Shown: positions 1 to 9,840 of the stretch, in pieces
Layout: the number at the start of each line of letters is the position of its first letter
How positions within the stretch are numbered: position 1 is the first letter of the stretch
The notes under the pieces: generated by a model
The model's database searches: none
Seen by the model: the letters and a program-made list of their open reading frames with translations, nothing else
Told to the model about the DNA's origin: nothing
Source: Candidatus Nomurabacteria bacterium
GTDB lineage: Bacteria; Patescibacteriota; Minisyncoccia; Phycocordibacterales; UBA5272
Assembly: GCA_037130925.1 (NCBI GenBank)
Contig: JBAXSC010000004.1
Location: 4,156 to 68,155 of the forward strand
Direction of reading: 5' to 3'
Length of the DNA: 64,000 bases
Position numbers and translations under genes: made by a program

Positions 1-1540
1 CATATCCAGAATGATATCCAATAAATATAGCATTACTAGCATTATATGTTCCATATCCTGCACCATCTCCGATAAAATTTGCATCAGTAGCAGATGCTGC
101 AGCATATCCTGCTTGATAACCAAGGAAATTAGATTTGTTTACGTCGGTTGAAAAACCATAATTCATATCTCCACCACCAGCACTAGTACCAATAAAATTT
201 GAATAATGAGAATTTGAAGAATAATATCCAGACTCGCTTCCGATAAAATTGGAATAAGGAGAATATGATGCAGATACTCCAGCACTATAACCGATGAAAT
301 TTGAATAAGGAGAATCATGAGCTGTATCATCTAACTTATTATCACCATAGCCACCAGCTTTATTACCAATAAAGTTTGATGAAAAAGAATTGTATGCTCC
401 ATTTCCAGATTTTGTACCAAAAAAATTTGAATTAGAAGAATTATCAGCCAAGCTACCAGACTCTTCCCCAAAAAAATTTGAATGATCAGCATTGTTAGAT
501 TCTCCAGAATCTGCTCCGAAGAAATTTGAATCGTTATCATTAACTACATATGCACCAGCATTCTGGCCAAAGAAATTTGAATTACTAGAAGATATTGCAC
601 TATATCCAGCAAAAACACCTATAAAATTTGAAGCAGATGAAAAGTTTGCACCATTACCAGCACTGTTTCCAATAAAATTGGAACTTCCAGCAGATAATGC
701 ATCTTGTCCTGCAGAATATCCAACAAAAATTGAGCCATTAGAGTTTTTTGCATTTTTTCCCGCAGAATATCCAATAAAATTTGACCAGTCTGATCCTATT
801 GCCCCATCCCCAGCACTATTACCAATAAATATAGTATGATCAGTTGATGCACTATTCCCTCCCGCTCCCTGTCCAAGCCATGTCTCAGTTGTAGTACCAG
901 GAGCTGGATTAGAAATTATTCCTGATGTCTGACCAATGAGTCCTGAAGAATTATTTGAACTTTGATCTGGCACGACTACTGTTGATGTAGAATTTGTTAA
1001 TGGACTATAAAATAAATATAATGTTGATGTTGATGTTGTGGCTGAAGAAAATATAAAGTTTCCCCCATCTTTTCCTGCTAGTCCAGCTGGTCCTGTTGGC
1101 CCTTGTACTGGATAAGAATTAAATCCAACACTACTTGATACTCCGTCCTTCCCATTCACCCCATCCTTTCCTGCAGGTCCTTGTGGGCCAGCTAGACCTT
1201 GAACATAGACCACATTGGTTGTATTAAAAGGAATATAGCTACTATTATTAGAAGGAGAAAATACAGCAGCCTGATTATTTATCTGAGTTGTAGTAGCATT
1301 AGTATTTTTAATATTAATATTATTATTAATATTTGTTTGTTGTACAATTTTACTAATAACATTTTGACTATCACATTTATTTTTTAAATTAAAAAAAGAA
1401 TTGAATCCACAAAAAACATGTATAGATAAATTATCCCATACTGGGACAGTGGTTGTAGACGAAGCAGCAAATACTACATACGTAGATAAAGAAAATAATA
1501 AGGTTATTATTGATATTGGTTTTAATATTTTATTGTTCAT
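1..1540 (-). CDS. Secreted collagen-like / beta-roll-type repeat protein; the 3' end runs off the window (partial)
   Basis: Absent from the supplied ORF track because there is no stop inside the window. By hand translation the reverse frame is open from ATG (1540-1538) to base 1, 513 codons with no stops. The N-terminus MNNKILKPISIITLLFSLSTYVVFAASS looks like a signal peptide. There are two Gly-X-Y runs (GLAGPQGPAGKDGVNGKDG and GPTGPAGLAGKDGG). These are followed by at least 14 copies of S-N-F-(I/F)-G spaced 14-22 aa apart, visible on the + strand as the recurring aaatttga. Confidence 0.8.
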   Translation of the reverse strand, partial: MNNKILKPISIITLLFSLSTYVVFAASSTTTVPVWDNLSIHVFCGFNSFFNLKNKCDSQNVISKIVQQTNINNNINIKNTNATTTQINNQAAVFSPSNNSSYIPFNTTNVVYVQGLAGPQGPAGKDGVNGKDGVSSSVGFNSYPVQGPTGPAGLAGKDGGNFIFSSATTSTSTLYLFYSPLTNSTSTVVVPDQSSNNSSGLIGQTSGIISNPAPGTTTETWLGQGAGGNSASTDHTIFIGNSAGDGAIGSDWSNFIGYSAGKNAKNSNGSIFVGYSAGQDALSAGSSNFIGNSAGNGANFSSASNFIGVFAGYSAISSSNSNFFGQNAGAYVVNDNDSNFFGADSGESNNADHSNFFGEESGSLADNSSNSNFFGTKSGNGAYNSFSSNFIGNKAGGYGDNKLDDTAHDSPYSNFIGYSAGVSASYSPYSNFIGSESGYYSSNSHYSNFIGTSAGGGDMNYGFSTDVNKSNFLGYQAGYAAASATDANFIGDGAGYGTYNASNAIFIGYHSGY

Positions 1541-1673
1541 ATTTATAAAATATGTAAAAACAAAAGTCGCTAACCGTAGTTAGCGACCCTTGCTTATATA
1601 CCAATATTATAAAGGACAATAATTTAAAAGACAAGTAAAACTAAAAGACAAATGTGGATAACTCGTCAAATCT

Positions 1674-2378
1674 TTAAAAAGAAAATAAGAAATTAATAAA
1701 AGACAAAATATAAGGAACTAATAAAGCAAATACCTGTACTGCTACAAAGATAATTCCAATCATCATAAAAGGATTAGAAAATAAAGATTTTATATAAAAA
1801 GACCAATTTCTGATATTAGAATTATCACCTTTATATTCTGGTTTATAAATCTTTTTATTAGAAAATAAATTTCTAATACTTAAAAATAAATTTCTACTTA
1901 ATGAAGTAAGTTCTGAAAAAATAGAAAATCCATCAGCGGGAGGAAATGGTAGAAGATTAAAAAGTCCTAAGAATATATTAACAGTTGAAATAAACATTAA
2001 AATGTCTTTTAAATCAGGACTGACAAAATAATAATGTTTAATAATATAAAAAATAACCACAGATACAAACGCTATAAAGAAATTTGTAATGACTCCAGCA
2101 GAAGCAACTTGTAACTCTCCATACTTTTTATCTTTTAAATTATTAGGATTATAAGGCACCGGCTTAGCCCAACCAAAAGCAAATCCAAAAACTTTATACG
2201 ATATGATAGGAACGATAATAGACCCAAGAAAATCCAGATGTTTAATGGGATTAAGAGTTAAACGTCCAGCATTAAAAGCTGTCATATCACCATTTCTATA
2301 AGCTGCATATCCGTGAGCAATTTCATGGAAAACTATAGAATAAAAGAGGATTATCGCACAAAATATAACTGTAATCAT
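1674..2378 (-). CDS. Site-2 protease family (peptidase M50) membrane metalloprotease
   Basis: HEIAHG (HExxH) lies in the first TM helix. A second motif, FNLLPFPPADG (NxxPxxxxDG-like), is present. The profile is polytopic and hydrophobic. Confidence 0.8.
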   Translation of the reverse strand: MITVIFCAIILFYSIVFHEIAHGYAAYRNGDMTAFNAGRLTLNPIKHLDFLGSIIVPIISYKVFGFAFGWAKPVPYNPNNLKDKKYGELQVASAGVITNFFIAFVSVVIFYIIKHYYFVSPDLKDILMFISTVNIFLGLFNLLPFPPADGFSIFSELTSLSRNLFLSIRNLFSNKKIYKPEYKGDNSNIRNWSFYIKSLFSNPFMMIGIIFVAVQVFALLVPYILSFINFLFSF

Positions 2379-2502
2379 AAAATTTGTTTATTTTTCAATT
2401 ATTATACTAAAATAGATACCAATCTCAAACATATTTACTAATAACTTGTAAAAAAAGAGAAAATGTGATAATATTCTTAAATCGATTTAAGAAACTAAAT
2501 TT

Positions 2503-2709
2503 ATGTCAAATATCTGCCCATCATGTCTAAAAGGAACTCTTGTTGTAGGAAAATACTCTAACAGTGTTCGTGCTACAAAATTTAATCCTTGCGGAAAAAG
2601 AAGAAAATACCCAAATCTACAATGGGCACGTATTCCTAATGGTCCTAGAGTTAAAATCTGTACAAGTTGCATAAAAAGAGGAGTACACTTAGAAGTTAAA
2701 GTTCAATAA
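2503..2709 (+). CDS. rpmB: Ribosomal protein L28-like (zinc-ribbon form)
   Basis: 68 aa and basic. CPSC...CTSC cysteine pairs flank SNSVRATKFNPCGKRRKYPNLQ, which resembles the L28 core (..N.S.. K....PNLQ). Confidence 0.6.
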   Translation: MSNICPSCLKGTLVVGKYSNSVRATKFNPCGKRRKYPNLQWARIPNGPRVKICTSCIKRGVHLEVKVQ

Positions 2710-2770
2710 TATATAAAAGTTAAAAAGTCTATCAATTTCTTGATAGGCTTTTTACTTTAAAATAATTTAA

Positions 2771-3139
2771 TTAAATACTCCTTAATCCTAAAACATTTTC
2801 ACAGGCATCTATTAATTGCGTATCAATGTTTTCAGGATCATTTTTTTTTAATTTTTCCAAAAGTTTTTCAATAAACACTTTTCCTGTTTCAATCCTATTT
2901 CCTTCAACACTTTCTGTGTACTGAAGTAAACTAATCAAAGCTTTTTGTTTTACAGAAATCAAAACCTTTGAATGTTCTATTATCCAAATTAGATCTCCTT
3001 CTTTTTTAGACCTGTTTGATAATAAACAATCTATCAGTTCATTAAAAACTGAAACATCATCAAGTCTTACGAAATCATCATAAAAACTTAACAAAAATTT
3101 AATAGTTTCTATCTTGTTAAGATGCAAACTTTTACTCAT
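2771..3139 (-). CDS. Hypothetical protein
   Basis: 122-aa ORF with an ATG start and no recognisable motif. Confidence 0.4.
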   Translation of the reverse strand: MSKSLHLNKIETIKFLLSFYDDFVRLDDVSVFNELIDCLLSNRSKKEGDLIWIIEHSKVLISVKQKALISLLQYTESVEGNRIETGKVFIEKLLEKLKKNDPENIDTQLIDACENVLGLRSI

Positions 3140-3229
3140 AGTTAAAATATTTTAAAAGTAAATAAAAAGAACAAATTTGTTTGAGAATTTAATATAATAC
3201 TTTTAGAGACTCGAGTCAAGTTTTTGTAT

Positions 3230-4255
3230 TTATTTAGAAGTTTGTATTTCAAAATTCTTTCCATCGGTGGTAAAAGTTATATCTCCATCATTAATAGTAT
3301 TCAAAATATTTTTACTATACTTTTCTAAAATTTTTAGAGTAGTTTCGTTGGGATGACCAAACCTATTATTCTTGCCAGCACTTATGACAGAATAATTTGG
3401 CTTAATCTTTTTTATAAAATCTTCACCACTTCCACTCGTTGATCCATGATGAGAAACTTTTAAGACTGTTAATTTTTTTAAATTACTTTTTATAAAATCA
3501 GAATCATTTTTATTAAAACAATTTTCTATTTCAAAAAATAATTTATTTTCTACGTCCTGACTCGCGTCACCAGTAAAAAGAAATCCATAATCACTGTAAA
3601 CCAAAAGTATGACTACAGAGTTATCGTTCGTATCATTCACTATCAGATCATTTTGTTTTGGATGAATTATAAAAAATTTTGGAATTAAAATATTTTCTTG
3701 CTCACTACTTTCGTTATCTTCATCTTGATTTGAATTTTTAGAAAAATAAATCTCATCACCACAATTTGCAAAATATTCTTGTGAATTATTTTTTTCTTTT
3801 TGCTTACTAATTTCATTTTTTATTTCTGTATAAATTTCACTCTCTTTATTATTATCACCATTCTCTAAAATATTTTTTATATTGTAATTTTGAAAAACAG
3901 AAATAAATCCTGCAACATGATCTGAGTCAGGATGAGAGAGAATTGCGAGATCGATCTTGCGATCAAAAATAGAAAGTGAGTCAGATAATTTTTTCAAAAT
4001 CAAATTACTTGGTCCAGTATCAATTAAAATATTTTCTCCAGTCGGAGTTTGTATCAATGCCGAGTCACCTTGTCCAATGTCAAAGAAAATAATTTTTAAA
4101 TTTTTAGTAGAAGATATTTTTTGAAAAATAAAAATAGAAAGAATAAATAAAAATGTAAAAAATAAAATTAAAAATATTCTTCCAAAATCTTTATAAAAGA
4201 TTTTTATTTTGTTTTTATTTTTATTAAAAATTTCTTTCAAGTTTGTATCTGACAT
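3230..4255 (-). CDS. ComEC/Rec2-type metallo-beta-lactamase domain protein (C-terminal module of ComEC as a separate ORF)
   Basis: N-terminal TM helix. MBL motifs FFDIGQGDS, LSHPDSDH and KVSHHGS, and a GKNNRFGHP tail typical of the ComEC C-terminus. It lies directly downstream of the ComEC channel ORF. Confidence 0.8.
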   Translation of the reverse strand: MSDTNLKEIFNKNKNKIKIFYKDFGRIFLILFFTFLFILSIFIFQKISSTKNLKIIFFDIGQGDSALIQTPTGENILIDTGPSNLILKKLSDSLSIFDRKIDLAILSHPDSDHVAGFISVFQNYNIKNILENGDNNKESEIYTEIKNEISKQKEKNNSQEYFANCGDEIYFSKNSNQDEDNESSEQENILIPKFFIIHPKQNDLIVNDTNDNSVVILLVYSDYGFLFTGDASQDVENKLFFEIENCFNKNDSDFIKSNLKKLTVLKVSHHGSTSGSGEDFIKKIKPNYSVISAGKNNRFGHPNETTLKILEKYSKNILNTINDGDITFTTDGKNFEIQTSK

Positions 4256-4280
4256 ATTTTTGTTTTAATTTATTTTAAAA

Positions 4281-5846
4281 TTATTTTTCTATCTTCTCAT
4301 TATGAGATTTTATTTTTTGCCTATTCGTTTCAAAATTAATTAATAAAAATAAAACTACATAAATCACAAAAAGTGAAAATGTTGAAATAGAAAATTCTAT
4401 TTGTGAAAATGGTAAGTGAGAAATAAATCTCGCAACTGAAAAAATAAATTCACAAAAAATATAAGAAACATATCCAAAGAAAACAGAAATGAAATTTGCA
4501 AAAAACGAAAACAAAATTATCAAAACAGAAAACAGCATCACAGTCGGAACAAATGGCACAGCTAAAATATTTGCAAAAATTCCAAAGATAGAAATTTTTC
4601 CAAAAGTAAAAATTGTATAAGGCATGACCATGAGTTGCACAGCAAGAGTGACTTTTAAAATTTCTGAAATACTAAAAAATATTTTTTTAATAAATTTATT
4701 TTCTATTTTATCTAAATTCAAAATTTTATAATTATTAAAAATAGGTACGAGATACAAAATTCCAAGTGTCGCTAAAAATGATAAATGAAATGAAACATCA
4801 GACAAAGCTATTTCTGGATTTAAAATCATCATCACAAAAGCAGAGATAAAGAGAGCTTGTCTTGCGACATATTGTCTGCCATATAGCGAAGCCAATAATA
4901 AAGTTGATCCCATTATTCCAGCCCTAACAATTGATGCTCCAGCTCCGACAAATAAGATAAAAAATATTATAGAAAAAATTGAAAGCGTTACACGCCAAAA
5001 AAGTCTCAGATTTAATAATGAAAAAATATAAATTAATATAAAAATTAAAATAGTAATATTAAATCCAGATAAGACAATTATATGTGAAATGCCTGCTATA
5101 CGAAAATCATTTATATCTTCTTTACTAAGGAGAGATGAATCCCCCAGTAATGTACCAGCCGATAATGCTGCTGTATCTATATTAGTATCTTTCTCTAAAA
5201 TTTTCACAAATTGAGTCTTAATATTTTCTAATTTATATAAAATATTTCCTGAACTGTTTTGAGAAACGATTTGAATTTTTGGAAAGGACGTTTCACCATT
5301 TATACCCGACAATTTATTTTTAATTTGTGAGTCAAAAGATTTATTATTTTGTTCTAAATTAGGAAGAATAATGTTCTCTGTTTTTATTTTTCCAGTCACT
5401 AAAATTTTATCTCCTGCTTTATATAGAGGAAAAAGACTTGTAGTGATTTTAATTTTAAAAATATCTTGCTTAAAATTTTCATCTTCTATATTCAAAGTAA
5501 AATTTTGCGAATTTTGTGAAATGGAAACGTTGCTAATAATTCCTGAAAAGTCATTTTGATGTGAAATGGCGTTTTGGAATTCAGACTCACGAGAGAGAGA
5601 AGAGGATAGATTTAGTTGTCCAAACAAGATACCGAGAGACAAAATTAAAAAGAAAAAAGTAAGAATGGTTGGTATTTGTGACTTGTAGACACCGAATGAT
5701 CTTTTTGTAAATTTATGAACTAAAAAATTAGAGACAGATAAAAGTAGTGAAACAAGAAATATTTCTGTAGAGAAATTTGCTGTGAAAGCAATAATTAATC
5801 CAAAGAATAATCCGAGAGTGATAGCAACTATATATTTATAGTACAT
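4281..5846 (-). CDS. comEC: ComEC/Rec2 competence channel, membrane part
   Basis: 521 aa, polytopic. An N-terminal OB-like region (KITTSLFPLYKAGDKILVTGKI) is followed by the competence domain (ISHIIVLSGFNITIL, GAGASIVRAGIMG). Confidence 0.8.
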   Translation of the reverse strand: MYYKYIVAITLGLFFGLIIAFTANFSTEIFLVSLLLSVSNFLVHKFTKRSFGVYKSQIPTILTFFFLILSLGILFGQLNLSSSLSRESEFQNAISHQNDFSGIISNVSISQNSQNFTLNIEDENFKQDIFKIKITTSLFPLYKAGDKILVTGKIKTENIILPNLEQNNKSFDSQIKNKLSGINGETSFPKIQIVSQNSSGNILYKLENIKTQFVKILEKDTNIDTAALSAGTLLGDSSLLSKEDINDFRIAGISHIIVLSGFNITILIFILIYIFSLLNLRLFWRVTLSIFSIIFFILFVGAGASIVRAGIMGSTLLLASLYGRQYVARQALFISAFVMMILNPEIALSDVSFHLSFLATLGILYLVPIFNNYKILNLDKIENKFIKKIFFSISEILKVTLAVQLMVMPYTIFTFGKISIFGIFANILAVPFVPTVMLFSVLIILFSFFANFISVFFGYVSYIFCEFIFSVARFISHLPFSQIEFSISTFSLFVIYVVLFLLINFETNRQKIKSHNEKIEK

Positions 5847-5959
5847 GTAATAATTTTATCATGAAAGATTTTATTGAATTCTTATGTTTGACACAGCTTT
5901 TGCAAAATGATAGTTTTAAGTCAGTTACAATATTTTATCACCTCATAAAACAGACAAAC

Positions 5960-6577
5960 ATGAGACAGATTATCGTAGTTCTTTTAACAGTCTTTCTTTT
6001 TTATTCTTGTGGGAAGAAAAATTTTCCATATCAAATAGTTAATAGAAATGGAAAAAGTTTAGTCATAGACAGTCTGACAAAAAAGACTTTCTATACATTG
6101 AACAATAACACAGTAAAATACCCAAAAGAAGTTGATTCTTTGTTAAGGAACAATTTAACAAAGATAATTCTTCCAGGAGATAGTCTTGTACTGGTTAAAG
6201 ATTTAAGCTCTGAGACTATCTATGTGTCTAATCCTAAAGAAGAAAAAAAGAAAGAAGACCAAACAAAATTATTTATTATACTGACAGCTATATCTATTTT
6301 ATCAATCTGCATGGTTCATCCATTTATATGTGATAAAAAAAGTGTCGCTATCTGGATATTTTTTAGTATCAGTTTACTGTCAGAATGGTTCGCAATACAA
6401 GCAATACAATTAATAGAGAACAGACAAAGTACATCTTACATATTTTGCTGGATGTCTTTTATATTAATAGTATTATCATTCTTTATGATATATAAAAAAG
6501 AAAAGAGTATATTTAATGTTCTTCTTTTTTTTATATTATTAACAGAAATTATTTCGATAGTATACTTACTAAAGTAA
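5960..6577 (+). CDS. Putative lipoprotein with C-terminal TM segments (hypothetical)
   Basis: An internal ATG at 5960 gives MRQIIVVLLTVFLFYSCGKK, a lipobox-like signal. The track ORF starts at 5861, which is probably too far upstream. Confidence 0.45.
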   Translation: MRQIIVVLLTVFLFYSCGKKNFPYQIVNRNGKSLVIDSLTKKTFYTLNNNTVKYPKEVDSLLRNNLTKIILPGDSLVLVKDLSSETIYVSNPKEEKKKEDQTKLFIILTAISILSICMVHPFICDKKSVAIWIFFSISLLSEWFAIQAIQLIENRQSTSYIFCWMSFILIVLSFFMIYKKEKSIFNVLLFFILLTEIISIVYLLK

Positions 6578-6592
6578 TAAATAATTTTGAAA

Positions 6593-6624
6593 AGTCTCAG
6601 CAGAAATGCTGAGACTTTTTATTT
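6593..6624 (+). terminator. Rho-independent terminator
   Basis: AGTCTCAGCA-gaaa-TGCTGAGACT stem followed by TTTTATTT. Confidence 0.8.
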
Positions 6625-6743
6625 GACTTTTATTTTAATACTTGTTAATATATATACATTATAAGGGGTTAATAAGTGAGGTGTAGGTCGAGCAGAAATG
6701 CCCGATTTTTTATTTAAAAATTTAAAACAAATAAAATAAAATT

Positions 6744-8048
6744 ATGTTAGATATCAAAGCTTTAAATCTTGCTCTTGCAACAATAGAACAAGAAAAAAAA
6801 ATATCTCGTGAAAAAATTATTGATGCTGTAGAAAAATCTTTAGCTGCAGCTTATCAAAAAGAATACGGGAAAAAAGGACAACTTATCCGTTGTAATATAA
6901 ATTTTGATACAGGAGAAACAACTTTCGAACAAATCAAAATCGTCGTTGATGAAAGTACTGTGAGAATAGTAGAAGAAGATGAAGAAGAAAATACATCTTC
7001 AGAAAGTTATGAGACAGAAGAAGGAGAAATAGTTTTACCTCGTTACAATGAAGAAAAACACATTTTAATTTCTACAGCAAAACTTTTAAAGAAGAGCGCT
7101 GAACTTGGAGAAGAAATTACTTTTTCCCTAGAGAATCAAAATGACTTTGGACGTATCGCTGCTCAAACAGCAAAACAAGTTATAGTACAAAAAATCCGTG
7201 AAGCAGAAAACGAATCAATCTCAAGTGAATTCGAAAGTAAAGAAGGAGAAATAGTTTCTGGTGTTGTACAAAGAGTAGAGAGAGGAAATTTATTTATTGA
7301 CTTAGGAAGAACAACTGCGATTATTCCTTTTGAGGAACAAATTAAATCAGAAAGATTTCATCCAGGACAAAGAATTAAAGCATATCTATTTTCTCTTGAA
7401 GAAGGAGTTAGAGGACTATCGATTCGCCTATCAAGAAGTCATCCTAAATTCTTAATTGAATTATTCAAAAGTGAATCAAGTGAGATAGCAGATGGAACAG
7501 TTGAAATAGTTGCAGTAGCGCGTGAGCCAGGAACTCGTTCAAAGATCGCTGTTAAAAGTAATGATGAGAGAGTTGATCCTATCGGAGCTTGTGTTGGTCA
7601 ACGTGGAGTGAGAGTAAATGCGATCAGTAATGAGCTTGGTGGAGAAAAAATCGACATCATAGAATGGAGTGATGATATCAAGAAAAACATTTCTGCATCA
7701 TTATCTCCTGCAAAAGTTTTAAGTATTGAAATAAACGAAGAAGAGAAAAAAGCTTCTGTGAAAGTAAGCGTCGAGGAACAATCTCTAGCTATCGGACGTG
7801 GAGGACAAAATGTTCGCCTTGCTGCAAAATTAACAGGATGGAGAATTGATGTTGCAAGTGAAGGTGGAGATTTAATTGTTGAAGCTGATGAAGAAGGACT
7901 AGTGGATGCTGAAGTATTAAAAGATTCGCCTGAGGCTCATGGAGAAACTATCGAAGAAGAGATCGCAGAAGTGATAGAAGAAAACGAAAACAAATCAGAA
8001 GAAGATGTAAACCATTCAGCTGAAGAGCAAAAAATTATTGAAGAATAA
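6744..8048 (+). CDS. nusA: Transcription termination/antitermination factor NusA
   Basis: An S1-like segment (GEIVSGVVQRVERGNLFIDLG) and two KH motifs (GACVGQRGVRVNAISNELGGEKIDII; LAIGRGGQNVRLAAKLTGWRIDV). Confidence 0.9.
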   Translation: MLDIKALNLALATIEQEKKISREKIIDAVEKSLAAAYQKEYGKKGQLIRCNINFDTGETTFEQIKIVVDESTVRIVEEDEEENTSSESYETEEGEIVLPRYNEEKHILISTAKLLKKSAELGEEITFSLENQNDFGRIAAQTAKQVIVQKIREAENESISSEFESKEGEIVSGVVQRVERGNLFIDLGRTTAIIPFEEQIKSERFHPGQRIKAYLFSLEEGVRGLSIRLSRSHPKFLIELFKSESSEIADGTVEIVAVAREPGTRSKIAVKSNDERVDPIGACVGQRGVRVNAISNELGGEKIDIIEWSDDIKKNISASLSPAKVLSIEINEEEKKASVKVSVEEQSLAIGRGGQNVRLAAKLTGWRIDVASEGGDLIVEADEEGLVDAEVLKDSPEAHGETIEEEIAEVIEENENKSEEDVNHSAEEQKIIEE

Positions 8049-8059
8049 ATTAAGTAATT

Positions 8060-8596
8060 ATGATTGATATCTTAAAAAAAATAAAACCTTTAACTAAAGA
8101 GAATACGATTAATCTAATAATAGAAATAGAAAAAGGTTCAAAAAATAAATACGAATTAGACAAAGAAACAGGACTTATAAAATTAGACAGAGTTATGTAT
8201 ACAGCCCAATCATATCCTTTTGATTACGGATTTGTACCAAATACTTTATGGTATGACGGAGATCCGCTGGACGTAGTATTACTAACATCATACCCTATAC
8301 ATTCTGGAATTCTTGTAGAAGCAAGACCTCTCGGATATATAAACATGATAGACAACAATGAGTCTGATGCAAAAATTATAGCCGTTCCTAAAAATGATCC
8401 GAGATTTAATAATCTAAATGATATACAAGATATTAACCCCCACACAATAGATGAAATAAATCACTTTTTTGAAACCTATAAAATGTTAGAAAAAAAGATT
8501 GTAAATATTCCAAGTGTTCACAATAAAAAAGAAACAATGGAAATAATAAATGAATCTATAAAACTATTTAAAAGTAAAGGTAAAAAGAAAAAATAA
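8060..8596 (+). CDS. ppa: Inorganic pyrophosphatase, family I
   Basis: YPFDYGFVPNT, DGDPLDVVLL and DAKIIAVP motifs. Confidence 0.9.
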   Translation: MIDILKKIKPLTKENTINLIIEIEKGSKNKYELDKETGLIKLDRVMYTAQSYPFDYGFVPNTLWYDGDPLDVVLLTSYPIHSGILVEARPLGYINMIDNNESDAKIIAVPKNDPRFNNLNDIQDINPHTIDEINHFFETYKMLEKKIVNIPSVHNKKETMEIINESIKLFKSKGKKKK

Positions 8597-8613
8597 AATC
8601 AACAGAAAAGAAT

Positions 8614-9768
8614 ATGAAAACAAAAATTGAAAATCTAGACAATGGAGAAAAAAAGATAACAGTAACTCTAGAAAATTCTGAGTTCGAAAAATATCACGAC
8701 AAAGGTTTTAGGAAAGTACAAGAGTTTGCAGAAATAGACGGATTCAGAAAAGGTAATGCTCCTGAAAATCTAGTAGTAGAAAAATATGGAGAGATGGTCG
8801 TCTTAGAAGAAATGGCTCACCTAGTAATAAATGACACTTACTATCCAGCTCTCATAAAAGAGAATGAAGATAAAAAAGAAGAAGACAAAATCTTACCTAT
8901 CTCAAATCCAAAAATATCTATTACTAAAATTGGAAAAGGTTCAGATTTTGAATACGAAGCAACATTTGCAGTATTACCGAAAGTAGAAACAGCTGACTAT
9001 AAAAAAATCTCTAAAGAAGAATCTAAAAAAGTTCTAGAAACAGAATTAGAGGAATTGAAAAAGAAAGATGAAAATGCAAAATTAGAAGATCTTAAAATAA
9101 CAACAGACAAAGAAGTTGATGAAATCTTAGAAAATTTAAGAAAAGCTAGAAATGTAGGTTCACACATTCATGAAGATGGAACTGTTCATAATGAAGGACA
9201 TGAAGAGGGAGAAAATTTGGAAAAAGAATTAGAAGAAGAAACTTTACCAGAATTCGATGATGCATTCGCTCAAAGTTTTGGAGATAATTTCAAGACAATG
9301 GAAGACTTAAAAAATAAGATTAAAGAAAATCTTGCTTTAGAAAAAAATGCAAAGCTTTTAGATAAACAAAGAAATTATATTCTTGAAAGATTAGTAAATG
9401 AATCAAAAATAAATTTACCAGAAATCTTAGTTGAAGATGAGCTTGAAAAAATGAAAGCAACAATGAAGACAGATATCGAAAGATATGGAAGTACATGGGA
9501 TGAGTATATTACACATTTAAATAAGACAGAAGAAGATCTTAAAAAAGATTGGAGAGAGACAGCAGAAAAAAGATCAAAGTCACAATTAATCTTAAATGAT
9601 ATTGCTAAGAAAGAAAAAATAGAAGTATCAAAAGATGAAATTTATGCAGAAGCATTAAAGATTTTAAATCAAATGCCAGAAGCGAATGAAGATCATGTAA
9701 ATAGTTATGTCGCTCAAATTCTATTAAATGAAAAAGTAATGAAATTGTTAGATAGTGAAATGAATTAG
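8614..9768 (+). CDS. tig: Trigger factor lacking the central PPIase domain
   Basis: The N-terminal ribosome-binding signature EIDGFRKGNAP is present. The C-terminal arm begins at LPEFDDAFAQSFG. Only a ~30-aa His/Glu-rich linker sits where the FKBP domain would be. Confidence 0.8.
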   Translation: MKTKIENLDNGEKKITVTLENSEFEKYHDKGFRKVQEFAEIDGFRKGNAPENLVVEKYGEMVVLEEMAHLVINDTYYPALIKENEDKKEEDKILPISNPKISITKIGKGSDFEYEATFAVLPKVETADYKKISKEESKKVLETELEELKKKDENAKLEDLKITTDKEVDEILENLRKARNVGSHIHEDGTVHNEGHEEGENLEKELEEETLPEFDDAFAQSFGDNFKTMEDLKNKIKENLALEKNAKLLDKQRNYILERLVNESKINLPEILVEDELEKMKATMKTDIERYGSTWDEYITHLNKTEEDLKKDWRETAEKRSKSQLILNDIAKKEKIEVSKDEIYAEALKILNQMPEANEDHVNSYVAQILLNEKVMKLLDSEMN

Positions 9769-9792
9769 TTTTAAAAAACAAATAATTAAAAA

Positions 9793-9819
9793 ACCGAAGA
9801 ATTTATTCTTCGGTTTTTT
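9793..9819. terminator. Bidirectional rho-independent terminator
   Basis: ACCGAAGAA-ttta-TTCTTCGGT with an A-run upstream and a T-run downstream. Confidence 0.8.
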
Positions 9820-9840
9820 AATACAGAATTATCAAACTAA

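Noticed and set aside
331-839. Track ORFs 331-540 (-) and 492-839 (+) as real genes
   Set aside because: Both are off-frame shadows of the long repeat-protein gene, which occupies the other minus-strand frame across 1-1540. Their sequences are low-complexity echoes of the SNFIG repeat.
1-1540. Prophage inferred from the tail-fibre-like collagen repeat gene
   Set aside because: No capsid, terminase, portal, integrase or lysis genes are present in the adjacent 10 kb. The neighbours are S2P, rpmB and comEC. A prophage to the left of the window cannot be excluded.
2487-2672. Track ORF 2487-2672 (-)
   Set aside because: It is antisense to the L28-like ORF, which has the zinc-ribbon and PNLQ motifs.
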